A stretch of DNA of 63,935 nucleotides, counting the filler, from Olpidium bornovanus S191 (taxonomy: Eukaryota > Fungi > Olpidiomycota): NCBI GenBank assembly GCA_017911155.1. It is 27 parts of 27 records of this genome, joined end to end, with 100 filler letters (N's around TTAATTAATTAA, not from the genome) between each part and the next. Parts side by side here need not be neighbours in the genome. Positions count along the whole stretch, not along the records: positions 9,708 to 14,042 come from JAEFCI010002636.1; positions 14,143 to 19,996 come from JAEFCI010003996.1; positions 20,097 to 22,466 come from JAEFCI010013473.1; positions 22,567 to 23,684 come from JAEFCI010012238.1; positions 23,785 to 25,160 come from JAEFCI010000606.1; positions 25,261 to 28,839 come from JAEFCI010001202.1; 21 more parts are not named here. One strand, written 5' to 3'. The translations under genes and the position numbers were made by a program. This document shows, one piece after another, positions 12,085 to 26,683 of this stretch. The notes under the pieces are model-generated. The model worked only from the letters and a program-made list of their open reading frames with translations, searched no databases and was not told the origin of the DNA. Every line of letters starts with the position of its first letter. Within the stretch, counting starts at the first letter, position 1.

Positions 12085-14042
12085 ATGTCGACGAGTCCTC
12101 GGTGGCGGGCGGAAGACCGGTCGCTCTCGCAACAGAGGACGCCGCTCCAGGATGGCCCCTTGCCTTCGCCACCTCAAGCCCGCGGTTTGCCGCCCGGCGA
12201 GGTGATTCCCGGCGGCGCCCTCACGGACGCCGGCCGGCCCGCCGCGCACGACCTTCCCTTCTTCGACCTGTCGCCCGCGCCGCCCGACGCGCAGTTCACC
12301 TTCCCGGACGTGGGGCGGCACGCCGGCCCATCGGCCGACCCTGCCGCCGCTAAGAAGATGCCGCGCCGCTACACGAAGGAGGAGCTCAAGCTGCTGAACG
12401 AGGTCTGGGCCAGGGACCAGAGCCCGAACCTGGAGACGCGCAGAATCTTAGCGGAGCGCGTCGGTGGCGGCGCGACGGCGAGGTTGGTTGATTCGTTCTT
12501 TATGCCGTTACTCTCTGCCCGGCCTCCCGACCTCGTCGCTTCCGGACCTCACTTTCTCGTCGTTCGCTTAGAACGGTGTACGTATGGTTCCAGAACAGGC
12601 GAGCTGAAGCCAAGAGGAAGCAGAAGAGACTAGGCGCAGTGACTCCCGGGACCGGGGATAGCGACAGCGCCGAGCGGGCGCCGCAGGCCTCCGGATCCCA
12701 GGCGCCGAAAACCTCTCCTGCCGATGACCACCTTTCCGATGCCGCAATATCCAGCTTTTCTTTCCCTCGTGCGACCGGCCACATCGCCTCCTTCAACTTT
12801 CCCGCTTCAACGCCGCTCGGCAGCGGGTCTGACGCCGCCAGCGCGCTCGTCGCGCTGGCCGCCTCCGTGCCTGCCACGCCGACCGGAAACTTCGGCTCGA
12901 CCCACGCTCAGGGACGGAAGAGGCCTGCTGGCAGCCTTGCGTATGAAAGAGAGCTTGCATCACTGCCAGACGCACGGCGGTACAAGCCCGAAGAAACGGA
13001 GGTCCTCAACGAGATGTATCAGCGGGAGAAAAATCCGGACTTGGAGTCGCGAAGGGCGTTGGCTGAGCTGATCGGCACAACGCCCGAAAGGGTTTCCGTG
13101 TGGTTTCAGAATCGGAGGGCCGAAGACAGCCGGAAGCGTAAATCTGCCGGCGGCAACGAGGACGATGGTGACGAGGACGAAGCCGCCGCGGCGGACTCGA
13201 GGGATTACGCCAATGCGAGCGTTGAGATGGATTATGGTTCTGACAACGACGCCAAACATGTTGACGCCAGCTACGGGCCCGGTGGCAGTGACACCGGCCG
13301 ATCCAAAGCCCGGCGGGCGCGGCGTGCACGGCTATTCTCTGATGACCAACAGGCCGTCCTTGAAAAAGTTTGGCAGGAAACGGACGACCCTGATCTCAAC
13401 CGCCGCAAACAGATCTCCGCAGAACTTGGCGTCGCCCCAAGGAACGTGTACCTGTGGTTTCAGCGGCGAAGGAAGCTCCGACCGCAGGAAGGGACGCCCG
13501 CGGCACCAAGGCGTCGGGGACAGAGGGGCGGGGGGCCTGAAGCTGCATCCGGACTGCTGGTCCCGGTCGCGTCAGCCGCGGATGCTGCCTCGGGCACAAC
13601 GGGAGCTGGCTTCCAGCTGTTGATGGATCCGGAGCTTCGGATGCGCCTGGCCGATGGCAATGCGGACGTTGTACATGTCATGCTCGTTCGCAGGGAGCCG
13701 CCGGAGAGCCAGCACCGGCTCTGGTGGGCAACACAAAAAATTTCGCGACTGCCCGGCCTGGTCAGAGACGAGGGTTTGGATGTCGATGAGGAGGTTGCGG
13801 AAAATGACGCTGGCGTGGCCATTGCCGGTGGCGGAGCAGTGGACACAAATACCCCAGCCTACAACGAAGTTGAAGGAGACGAGGTTGAGCCTGTCTCCAA
13901 GGATGCTGATGAGACGACAGGCATGTATCTCAGCGACAGTGAGCCGTCCAACATAAACGCCGTTTGGCCTGCGAACCGGGAAGCGGAAGACTATTACGGC
14001 GTGCACCGCGACGGGAACGAAACCGACGTGCCAGCTGTCGTC
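12085..14042 (+). CDS. Transcription factor with three homeodomains (3' truncated)
   Basis: Exon 12085-12482, intron GTTGGT...TTAG, exon 12572-14042. HD1 RRYTKEELKLLNEVW...RTVYVWFQNRR; HD2 RRYKPEETEVLNEMY...RVSVWFQNRR; HD3 RLFSDDQQAVLEKVW...RNVYLWFQRRR. Confidence 0.9.
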
Positions 14043-14936
14043 NNNNNNNNNNNNNNNNNNNNNNNNNNNNNNNNNNNNNNNNNNNNTTAATTAATTAANN
14101 NNNNNNNNNNNNNNNNNNNNNNNNNNNNNNNNNNNNNNNNNNCATGCTGTACCCCAAATATCACTGCGAATGCAACTTTATCGAAAGATTTTGGGGGTGC
14201 AGCCAAGCGCCAAGCACGACAACAGTGCGACTACTCGTACAAAGGACTCTGTGACCGGGATTCGGTCATTCTCGAAAACATCCCGATTGCCCAAATTCGC
14301 CGCTTCGCAAGAAAAGCTTGGCGCTATATTGAGGCATATGCAGGTGGACTTGATGCCCATCAAGCTGAAGCAGCTGAGAAGAAATTACGTGCCGAAAAAC
14401 GCTTCAAATCCCACCGCCGCGTCCCTGAGGATGATTAGGTAGTTTCTCCATATGTAATAGGAGACAATCAGCTTAAAAAAATATTCCCCTATAAAAATTT
14501 TCGTCGTTTTGTATTCGGAGCGTATCAAATCTCGTCGGTCCCCATACAAATTTGGTCGGAGGGACAAACTTCGCCGGCCTACTACTCCGTCAAAACCTAA
14601 CAAAACTCAAATCCGATTTAATAGGGGCTGTAGATCTAGTCTGTCTCTTTAATTCCTACACAGGGTTTTTTGATATGTTGTGTTTCTGGGAACTAGTAGC
14701 GAATGCCGTCTGGGTGAAAAAATGTTGAGTATAGAGCAGCACCATAACATAGTGAACAGTTATCCTGCGAACGAGCCAAAAAGGAAGTCTCCCTTCTTCC
14801 CAGCACGCCCCCTCATATCATCCTGTGCCGGGGATACTCGACGTGCGAGCGAGCGTGCGTCTGCCGCTCGATCTTCCTCGTGGTTGACGTGAGTGTGTGG
14901 CTTCGGAAACCTTCGGGGCTTACGTTCCTCCACCAC

Positions 14937-14974
14937 CAAAAAAAAAAACCAAAAAAAAAAACCAAAAAAAAAAC

Positions 14975-15011
<37 letters not shown>

Positions 15012-15058
15012 AAAAAAAAAACCAAAAAAAACCAAAAAAGAAGAAAAAAAACAAACAA
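14937..15058. repeat. A-rich low-complexity tract with (A)nCC units upstream of OAC1
   Basis: Directly visible runs of aaaaaaaaaacc. Confidence 0.85.
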
Positions 15059-15141
15059 AAGGCTCCAACCGGCCAAACGGGGCGAGCGGCTGTAATCGCA
15101 CCCCGCACCCTTCCCCTTTTCCCTCTCTGCGGCCAAAAGGA

Positions 15142-16763
15142 ATGTTCGCGAAGGCCCCGGCGCCCGCAGGCTCCTCTGGCCCGCCGGGCCCTGTCGCGAC
15201 CGCCGCCGCCGTGCCGGACTGGCTAAGGGCGTGGCTGGTCGGGGGAGCAGCCGCGTGCGCCGCCGTCACGTTCACCAACCCGTTCGAGGTGAGGCGGGGT
15301 TTCGACGGACGGAGACGGGCCCCGCCGAGCGGGTGTCCGAGGCCTTGGTACGAAAGGCCAATTTTTCTTGCGGCGTTTCCCGAAAGCCGACGCGTCTTCC
15401 GCCGCTTTCCCTTCGGGACTGACCGTCTTCCCCTCTTCTTTCGCGCGCTATTTCCAGGTCGTCAAAACTCGACTCCAGCTGAGGTACGGGGATCGCCTGG
15501 GGGGGGGGGGGGGAGGGGGGGGGAAGAAAGGCGGAAAGAGGGGGCTGTAAGTCACGAGAAGGGGTCGAGGGCCAATGGCTCCAGGAAAAAGTCGGTCCCC
15601 GCGCGGTTTTGCTTGACCGCCGCTGTTCGCTTGTCTCGGGTTGCGCAGCGGAGAGCTCGGCGGCGCCAAGAAAAAGCCCGAGTACAGCAGCAGTTTCAGG
15701 GCCGCTCGCAACATCTTCAAGAACGAAGGACTCCGCGGGTTGCAGCGGGGCCTCGCTCCGGCGTACGGCTACCAGCTTCTGATGAACGGTATCGCTGCCG
15801 TTTGTCTCTTCCCCAGCCGACACCCCGCCTGCCTCTCCGCCTTCGCACTCGAGTCGCCTTATTTTGTTTTCTGACCCTCGAAACCCCCTCACCGGCCCGA
15901 TCGTTTTTTCCCCTCTCCTCTTTTTCTCGACCGACGGCGTTCCAAATAAAGGCACGAGGTTAGGCCTATACGATCAGCTCAAGTCTCTGCTCCACCGGGC
16001 ACTGCACCCGCGGGACCACGCTGAGATCCCGGTGGCGCACTCGCTGACGGTCGCGGCTGGGTTGTGCTCGGGCGTCTGCGGGGCCCTGGTGGCGTCGCCG
16101 CTCTTCCTCGTTAAAACGCGGCTGCAGTCCCAGACGCCCGCGGCAAACCTGGCCGTTGGTTTCCAGCACAAGTACACGGGCTCCCTGAACGCGCTCGCCT
16201 CGATCTACCGGACGCAGGGCTTCCGCGGCCTCTACCACGGCGTCGACGCCTCCGCGTTCAGGACGGGGCTGGGCTCCGCCGTCCAGCTCAGCAGCTACGA
16301 CGGCATAAAGCGCGCGGTCGTCCGCACGGGCCACTTTGACGAGCCGTCGCCCGTGGTCCACTGGCTGTCCAGCCTGCTGACGGGCTTCATCGTCGCGGTC
16401 GCTATGACGCCCGCCGACGTCGTTGCCACCCGCTCCTACAACCAGCCGCACGACCCGGCCACGGGCCGCGGACTCTACTATGCGAACCCAATAGACTGCT
16501 TCATCAAAACCGTTCGGGCAGAAGGCTTCCCGGCGTTGTACAAAGGATTTTGGGTGCGTGCCCACCACACCCACCTTTCCCCGTCGGTTGGGCATCGCGG
16601 CAGGCCAGCTAACCGGTTTCGGTTTGCCCCTTTTCTTTTATTTACCTTCGCCGACTGCCGCCGCTGAAACCTTTCCCAGCCCCATTACTTGCGAATCGGG
16701 CCGCACACCGTCCTGATGTTCATGTTTTTGGAGCAGTTCAAAAAATGGCTGTTGATTGCGTGA
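15142..16763 (+). CDS. OAC1: Mitochondrial oxaloacetate/sulfate carrier (complete, multi-exon)
   Basis: Carrier motifs TNPFEVVKTRLQL, SPLFLVKTRLQSQ and TPADVVATRSYNQ. Oac1-typical GLAPAYGYQLLMNG/TRLGLY and HYLRIGPHTVLMFMFLEQ. Stop TGA at 16761-16763. Includes a 26-nt exon at 15458-15483. Confidence 0.92.
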
Positions 16764-16969
16764 CGTATTTATATCATAGGGAACCCCCGCAAAAACCCTT
16801 CCCTCCTCCGTCCCACTCCCCACCCCTACCCCCCCAGCAGCAACCGGGAAAAAAAAAAATTTTCCCAAAGCGCCACCAAGAGGCGAAGTTCCACCGTGAG
16901 TTGACTGCCTCCCCAGTTCTTTCGAAGTTGTGCACCGACCGAGAAGTTGTGCACAATCACAGTTTTGTA

Positions 16970-19996
<3,027 letters not shown>

Positions 19997-20812
19997 NNNN
20001 NNNNNNNNNNNNNNNNNNNNNNNNNNNNNNNNNNNNNNNNTTAATTAATTAANNNNNNNNNNNNNNNNNNNNNNNNNNNNNNNNNNNNNNNNNNNNCATC
20101 GCGTCTATCGCGGACGTGAGCCCCGCGGGCGCCTAACCCTCCTAACTTTTTTTTTTTTTTGGCGCCCGCCCGGAACCCTCCCCGCTCCCACTCCCCCCGC
20201 ACCCCCCGACCGCCGTTTTCTTCCTTTTTTGTTTCATTTTGCGTTTCTTCAAACAGGAACCCGAGAGGGCGTTTCCCGTGGAAGGCGTCGGGGACGTCCC
20301 CGAACTTTACAAACAAGTTCGAGCGCATTTTCGTTCACGTTGGCGCGGCACTCTCCCACCCCCGACGGCGAGGTACCCTGGGTGCGGGCGTCGTGCCTGG
20401 GAGATCTACAAAACGAAGAGATCCGGGACGCCTCTCCTCGTAAAGGGCGGGAGGGTGCGAAAAGACAGGCTCGAAATCAAGGAGAGCTCCGACAGCAGGG
20501 TGTGCGCCGAGGACACCGGCTCCTTCGTCGTCAAGAGCCGATGTGGCGGCGGGCGGCAAGGGCCGCAACAGGGCGCGATGCTGCGGGAATGCGAGGAGGA
20601 GATCAAGCGGAATCACGGCGCAATTGGACGGCGCGCGGACGAGATTTTGCCCCGGGTCAACTCGCGCGCATCACGCACGCCGGCAATAACTCGAGCGGAG
20701 TAGAAATGATTTCCGTTGTCACGGACGTTGCAGGCAGGAGGAGTGCGCTGCGTTTGCCCTTCGCCCTTCCCGCCCTTGTCGTCTTTGGGAGTCTGCTTGG
20801 GTGCGGCGGCGG

Positions 20813-20845
<33 letters not shown>

Positions 20846-21656
20846 AGGAGTCCCGGAACTTGCCGAGGGCTCAGTTCGGCGGGCCCGCCGGGACGGGCTC
20901 TGCCGCGTTTTACGTACGAGGCGGCCATCGGCGGGGATATTTCTCCCACAGGACGGCGGCGGCCCCCCCCGGGCGGACGCGGCGGCGCCGTGCGGTTTCG
21001 GCAAAGACGGTGGGGGCGCGGAGAAGCGGGGCCGGCGTCGAACGGTGGTGCTCCGGCGGCGGGAGAGCCGGGCGGGCGGCCGGTGAATCGCCGAAAGCCC
21101 GGCGGTCTGGCGAGGAACGAAAGCGGAAGCGCATTGCGCGTCGTATAAGACCGAAATAAGGAGGAGGAAAACAAAAAAAAAAAAAAAAAAAAAAAACATC
21201 TCCAGAGAGAGACAGAAGTCGCGGTTGGTGAGAGATCCGGCCGAGAGAGAGAGAGAGAGAGAGAGACAGAGATCATCCCTTCCGCCCGCCGAGACGTCCC
21301 GCGGAAGGAGAGAGGCGGAAAACGGGAGGGCGGGCGGGAGAGCGAGGGAAGGGGCGGGGGGGCGGGAGCGTGCTCGCCCGCCGCCAAAACGCCGCAGCAG
21401 CCCGCAGGCGCGGACGCTCCGCCCCGCGGGAAGAAGGCGAGAAGGAGGAGAAGGAGGAGGCGAGGAGGAGGAGGAGGCGGGCGGAGAAAACCGCCCGCTT
21501 CTCATTCGCAAACCGCCGCTCCCTTCGACAACCGCCAGGCCCCGACATCCCCCCGGCCATCCCTCCCTCCCCACACAGAACAACCCGTCCCCTCCGTTTC
21601 TTCCCGAGCCTTCTCCCGCCCCGGAAACCCGGCGTCAAACGCCGCGGGCGCGCTTG

Positions 21657-22466
21657 ATGGCACCCATCCGGCGCAGATCTTTGCGGCCGGACGGGTGCGG
21701 CGCGCCGCTGCGGCCGCTGCTGCGGGACAAAGTGCTCCCGTGGATCGTGCTCTGGCGGCACCGGACGGACCTGTACATGCTCGCCGCGTCGAGCCTGTAC
21801 TTCCTCGCGTGCACCTACGTCGTCTGCCTCGGCAACAGCTACGCCGACCGCGTCGGCACAAACAATTACGCACCCCCTTCGGAAAAGTACACGGCCCCCG
21901 ACGTCCTGGTCGACCTCTTGCGGCCCGTCTACAACGCGAACAGCTGGATGAAGGACCTCGGCAACATTCTCGTCTTCGTCTCCGTCGGCATCGGCCTCGG
22001 CTACTGTGTGCTGCAGCGCGAGCTGAGCTGCCTCTTCGTCCGCAGGTACCAGCTGATCGCGGGGACCATCTACGCCCTGAGGGCCCCGTTCGTCTGCGTC
22101 ACGGTCCTGCCCTCCCCGGCATTCGACTGCGTCGCCAACCCGTACCCGAACATTTTCCTGGACGCCGTGATGCTGGTGATGCAGGTCAGGGTCGCCTGCG
22201 CGGACGTGTTTTTCAGGTCGGTTTTTTTTTTCGGCTGCGGGGGACTCGTGATCGAACTTTTTGATCGCGCCGGAAAATTGGTACGAAAAATTTCGACTGG
22301 TCGAGATCCCGTGACGGGTCTTCGACCGCCCGGATTCTTCTGACGAAATCAGTCGGACCGCCGCGATGAATCCTCGACTGCTTGGGAAATTCGCGCTAAA
22401 GCTATCTTTCCGTTCTCGTCCTCCCCCTACTCCAGCGGCCACACCATTCTCTTCACCACCACCATG
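21657..22466 (+). CDS. Sphingomyelin-synthase-family (PAP2_C) phosphosphingolipid synthase, 3' truncated
   Basis: RRYQLIAGTIYALRAPFVCVT fits the SMS D2 motif RR-x8-Y-x2-R-x6-T. Splicing 22216 to 22436 gives CADVFFSGHT (D3 consensus CGDxxxSGHT). APD sits at the D1 position, and there are several transmembrane segments. Confidence 0.85.
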
Positions 22467-23801
22467 NNNNNNNNNNNNNNNNNNNNNNNNNNNNNNNNNN
22501 NNNNNNNNNNTTAATTAATTAANNNNNNNNNNNNNNNNNNNNNNNNNNNNNNNNNNNNNNNNNNNNCATGGCAGGAAATTCCGGGGAAGTTGGCGACGCC
22601 ACGCGCAAAGGGGGGAGATTGGTGTTGTGGGTTGCAGTGGTTGTTTGACTGTGTTTTCCCCCGCTCCTTCCGGCCGCTGCCCGCTTGCGCCGTCCCGGCG
22701 GCACGCGGGTCGCGCGTTCGTATAGTATGTACGCGCCTGCGTCGCGGGGGACGGGGTGGGGCCCTTGTCGTCTTCTCCCCTGCAGAAAAAAAGTAAAATC
22801 AAATAAATAAATAACAGAACAAAACCAAACAAAACGGGAGACGCCCAAATCGCGCGCGCCTCCCCCTGTTTCGGCTCCCTTCCCACTCTTCCCCTCCCTC
22901 CCTCTCCCCACCCCACTTCCGGAAGGTTTCCGGGGATAAAGAAACTTGTAGGGAGGGATTGAAAGAAAAATGCTCGAGAAATCTGAGATTTATTTAATGG
23001 TAAAGTGGTGTCTCTCCTGACTTGGAAAAGCAACACGACTGTTGTGATGATTGTGACCGCCATTAAATACGCATTACGTATTTGTGGTTTGATGGCCACA
23101 GAGCGTTGGGGAAGGGGGGGTGGGGGGGGGGAAAGGGAGGGGACAGGCGGTCGGGGCGGGGGGGGGGGGGGGGGCCCCCCCCGCGCGGGGGGGGGGGGGG
23201 GGGGGGTACGCTTTCTTCAATGAGAGCCCGTGCCGAACAACCTGCGATGGTTTATCGTCAACGATCCGCCCCGCCTCCCGCCTCCCCCCTCCCGGTTGAC
23301 TCGCCGCCGCCTTCCGCGACCGAGTCGTTGTCGCCGACATTATCGCCTCCCGCGCCCTCCGCCGCCGCTGAACTACTGTATCCGCCGCGTCGCCATCGCC
23401 GGCGATATCTGCGCCGCGCATGCGTTCAAACGCGCTGATTTGCCGGACGACCGCGGCGTGGACCTGGATTAGGGTGCCACCCCCGGGAAGAGGTTATATA
23501 CCTGCTGCCCGGCGTGGCCGGCGTTCCCGAACAAACGCTTGTGCGCGCAAAAGGGCGCGTCGTTGAGCAAAATCCACCCGGCGCCGTTAGGGGGCGGGGG
23601 GGGGGGGGGGGGGGGGGTGGCGCATCAAAAGAGGGCCGCCGGGGGGCAAAACCCGGGGCCTCCCCCTTCCCGGGGGGTTGGTTANNNNNNNNNNNNNNNN
23701 NNNNNNNNNNNNNNNNNNNNNNNNNNNNTTAATTAATTAANNNNNNNNNNNNNNNNNNNNNNNNNNNNNNNNNNNNNNNNNNNNGGGGGGCGGGGCGGGG
23801 G

Positions 23802-23847
<46 letters not shown>

Positions 23848-23939
23848 AGAGAGGGACCGGCGGGTTGAAATTCTCGTTATCAATCACCGGCGGCACAATC
23901 TGTCTCAACGGCCGTGACCGGCAAAACAAAATAAAAAAC

Positions 23940-24860
23940 CCCCGTCTCTCAAGGCGAAAACCAAAAAAAAAGACCGACGAGTCTGAAGCTCCTGGCGAAG
24001 TGGTCGACGGCGCTCTGCATCAAGCTGGCCGCGCTGCCCTTCTCGACATTCTTGCTGCCGGCGCGGCGCTCCTCGACAAGGAGCACAACGGCCTGGTGAC
24101 GGAGGCGATGGAGAAGGTCCTCGCCCGCAATATTGTCAGCGACCGTATCGATTTTTCCCGCAGCCTTCTGCTTGACCTCGTCGACGGACAACCCGCGCTG
24201 CGAGGCGAGGGCGGCAGCATACTGGATAAACGATCGCCGCGAACAGGGCTTTCGACCGTGAGCGATACCGCCCCGCGCCACCTCCCCGTCTTCCAGAAGT
24301 AAGCTGCTTGCCTTGGCCAAGGCCACGTCTGCGTCGAGGCCGGCCTTCCGGCATTCCGTCCCCTCGGCACCTAACTTGGATGCGTAACGCTGCAGAAGGG
24401 CCAACGTCTCGTTTTCCTGCCGTTACCGCGCAGTGGTTTTTTTTTTTCCCCGACATGGTTGGATGCGCGCGGCACCGACGACAAAATGTCCCCACCCCCG
24501 CCGAGCGCGCCCCGCTCACCGCCTCTTCCGTAACTCCGAGGACGAAGAGCGGCTCGTCGCCTTTCAGGAGCTTGCCGCTCTCCTCGCCCTTGGTACCGCC
24601 TGCCTGGCGCCCAGCCTCGGTCGTGGCGTACAGCTTCTTGGCCGCGTTGCGCATCTTCGCCGCGACACGTCTACGCAGGGACGAACCGTGGATATTGTTC
24701 TCGGCGCTGCTCTCGATCGCTTCACGAGTATCGGCATCCCTCACGACCCGTCCAGCAACCACGCGAACGGACGGGACAGGAGCGTAGAACGCGCTGGAGG
24801 CTTCGATCTCGGCCGCGGAGACGCCTCGCTCCATGGCGATCGCTGCGGCGTACCTGAATC
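23940..24860 (-). CDS. Uncharacterised two-exon protein fragment
   Basis: Coding-like frames MERGVSAAEIEASSAFYAP...VLGVTEEA and ALLQRYASKLG...VDHFARSFR, with an intervening GT donor and an upstream poly-T tract. No family recognised. Confidence 0.5.
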
Positions 24861-25043
24861 GACAGCCGGCGCGGTAGCAAAGGGGGAGGGGGAAAGACGA
24901 GAAAAGGCCAAACAAAAAAAAAGAAAAAAGGAAGAAAGAGCAAAGAAAATAAGAAAAAAAAAAATAAAAAGAAAAGAAGAAGAAAAAAAAAAGAAAAAAC
25001 AAGAAAAAAACGAAAAAAAAAAAGAAAAAACAAGAAAAAAACG

Positions 25044-25160
<117 letters not shown>

Positions 25161-25260
25161 NNNNNNNNNNNNNNNNNNNNNNNNNNNNNNNNNNNNNNNN
25201 NNNNTTAATTAATTAANNNNNNNNNNNNNNNNNNNNNNNNNNNNNNNNNNNNNNNNNNNN

Positions 25261-26306
25261 CATGACCGGAAAGGAAGCCGACTTCGAGAGCCTTGGCCAT
25301 CGTCGCGTCGGCAGCTTGATTCGTGGTCGAGTGACCAGATCCCCCCCGGGGACGTATCAGGGGCGAATCGCGTGCGCCAACGTCGTTAACCCGGACGACC
25401 CGCGCGACCTAGGCTGATTCACTTACTTTCTAATGATCTCGGAACCGGGACCGCCTGCGGGTTGTTCCGCAAAAAATAAACGGCGTGACCCTCTGCCGCT
25501 TGCTGAGGAACACTTCTAACCGACATCTGCAACCTGAACCCCTTGACAACAGTGGGCGGCACCGGGGATACCACGTTGGCCACCGGTGGCTGGTGCACGT
25601 CCGGCCTTTCAGACTCATCGGAATTCTGGGGCTTCTCCGTCTCGTCGCCGACTACGGCTGGGACAGGCTCCGACTGCGGTGCGATTTGGTCGTCCACAAT
25701 CCCGTCAATAAGAGAGAGGTCTTTCGCCGTGCTGGGTCGTTCCCTTTCTTGCAACGGCTTATCCGGCTGCACCGCTTTGCCTTCCGCCACAGCTTCCGAC
25801 GCAGCGCCCCCGTTCGTGGACGGCAGCAGCTCAGTGCGGCTTCTGCTTTCTTCGTCAACGCCGAACACCTGGTCGCCCGTCTTCTCTGCAGTAATTCAAC
25901 GCATGCGTCGGGGAATTAGATGGTGGCAAGGGCAAGAGAGACCAAAAAAACTGCGGCTTTTCTCACCGCGTATTTCCGATGCTTCCAGCGACGCCGATGA
26001 AGAGGATGCTACCTGCTCGGCGTAAAACACCAGCGAGCCTGCGGCCGCCTTTCCTTCCAAGTAGTTCATCAGCGATTGCAGATTCGCCCTCCCATTCCGC
26101 TCGAGGCATTCCTCGAAGAGGGTCCAATCCGCCGGGCGTCCCGCGAGCGTCGACCGTGCGGGCAGAGCAAACTCTTCCGCAAGCGTGACGGAGATCTTCC
26201 TCTTCATCCATTGCAGGCGCATATCGTACGATCCGACGTCCGGCGGCAACGCGGCGGGCGTGTAAGGGTCCGGCGCGTCGCCCGCGATGGCAACGGCGGC
26301 CATCAT
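25261..26306 (-). CDS. DNAH10: Axonemal inner-arm dynein heavy chain N-terminus (DNAH10/I1-alpha-like)
   Basis: DMRLQWMKRKI...LFEECLERNGRANLQSLMNYLE...GSLVFY and AVYFLRNNPQAVPVPRSLE/TADATMAKALEVGFLSGH resemble the DNAH10 N-terminus as I recall it. The motor domain is not on this contig. Confidence 0.7.
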
Positions 26307-26556
26307 CGCTCAGGCGGCGCGAGCGCACGCCGGGCGTGGTCGGCCTTCTGCCTTTATCAGATTGTTCACGCCTGGGCCGAGGCGTAGGCCTACGGGGAAG
26401 TGGAAGGGGGCAGGAGTTGTCAATGAACGAGACAACGACGTGATCGGTGCGGGGAGCCTTCCTGACCAAGCAGGTCGATATGGGTGGGGCCGGGCTGGTC
26501 GCGTTGTGCTGGTTGCGTTTGCGCCTGCCGCCGCGACTTGCTGTCCGCGGCCGCTG

Positions 26557-26598
26557 ATTGGTCGGGAGCGCACGCGATGTCATAAGCGGTCACGTGAC
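26557..26598. promoter_or_regulatory. CCAAT box plus palindromic GTCACGTGAC E-box in the divergent DNAH10/trhO promoter
   Basis: ATTGG at 26557-26561 and GTCACGTGAC at 26589-26598, between the two start codons. Confidence 0.5.
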
Positions 26599-26683
26599 TT
26601 CAACAGCGAAGTTGCGCATTTCGCCGCCGCATCCAACGGCGCGAGACAGCCAACAACAACAAAACAAAAAAAAAAAAAAAAAA

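Noticed and set aside
22463-22570. Joining the SMS contig to the next contig through their CATG ends
   Set aside because: The joined frame does not continue the SMS transmembrane or D4 sequence.
23005-23110. AIKPQIRNAYLM as an alkaline ceramidase segment
   Set aside because: There is no acceptor site placing this frame in an exon, and the neighbouring exons do not resemble ceramidase.
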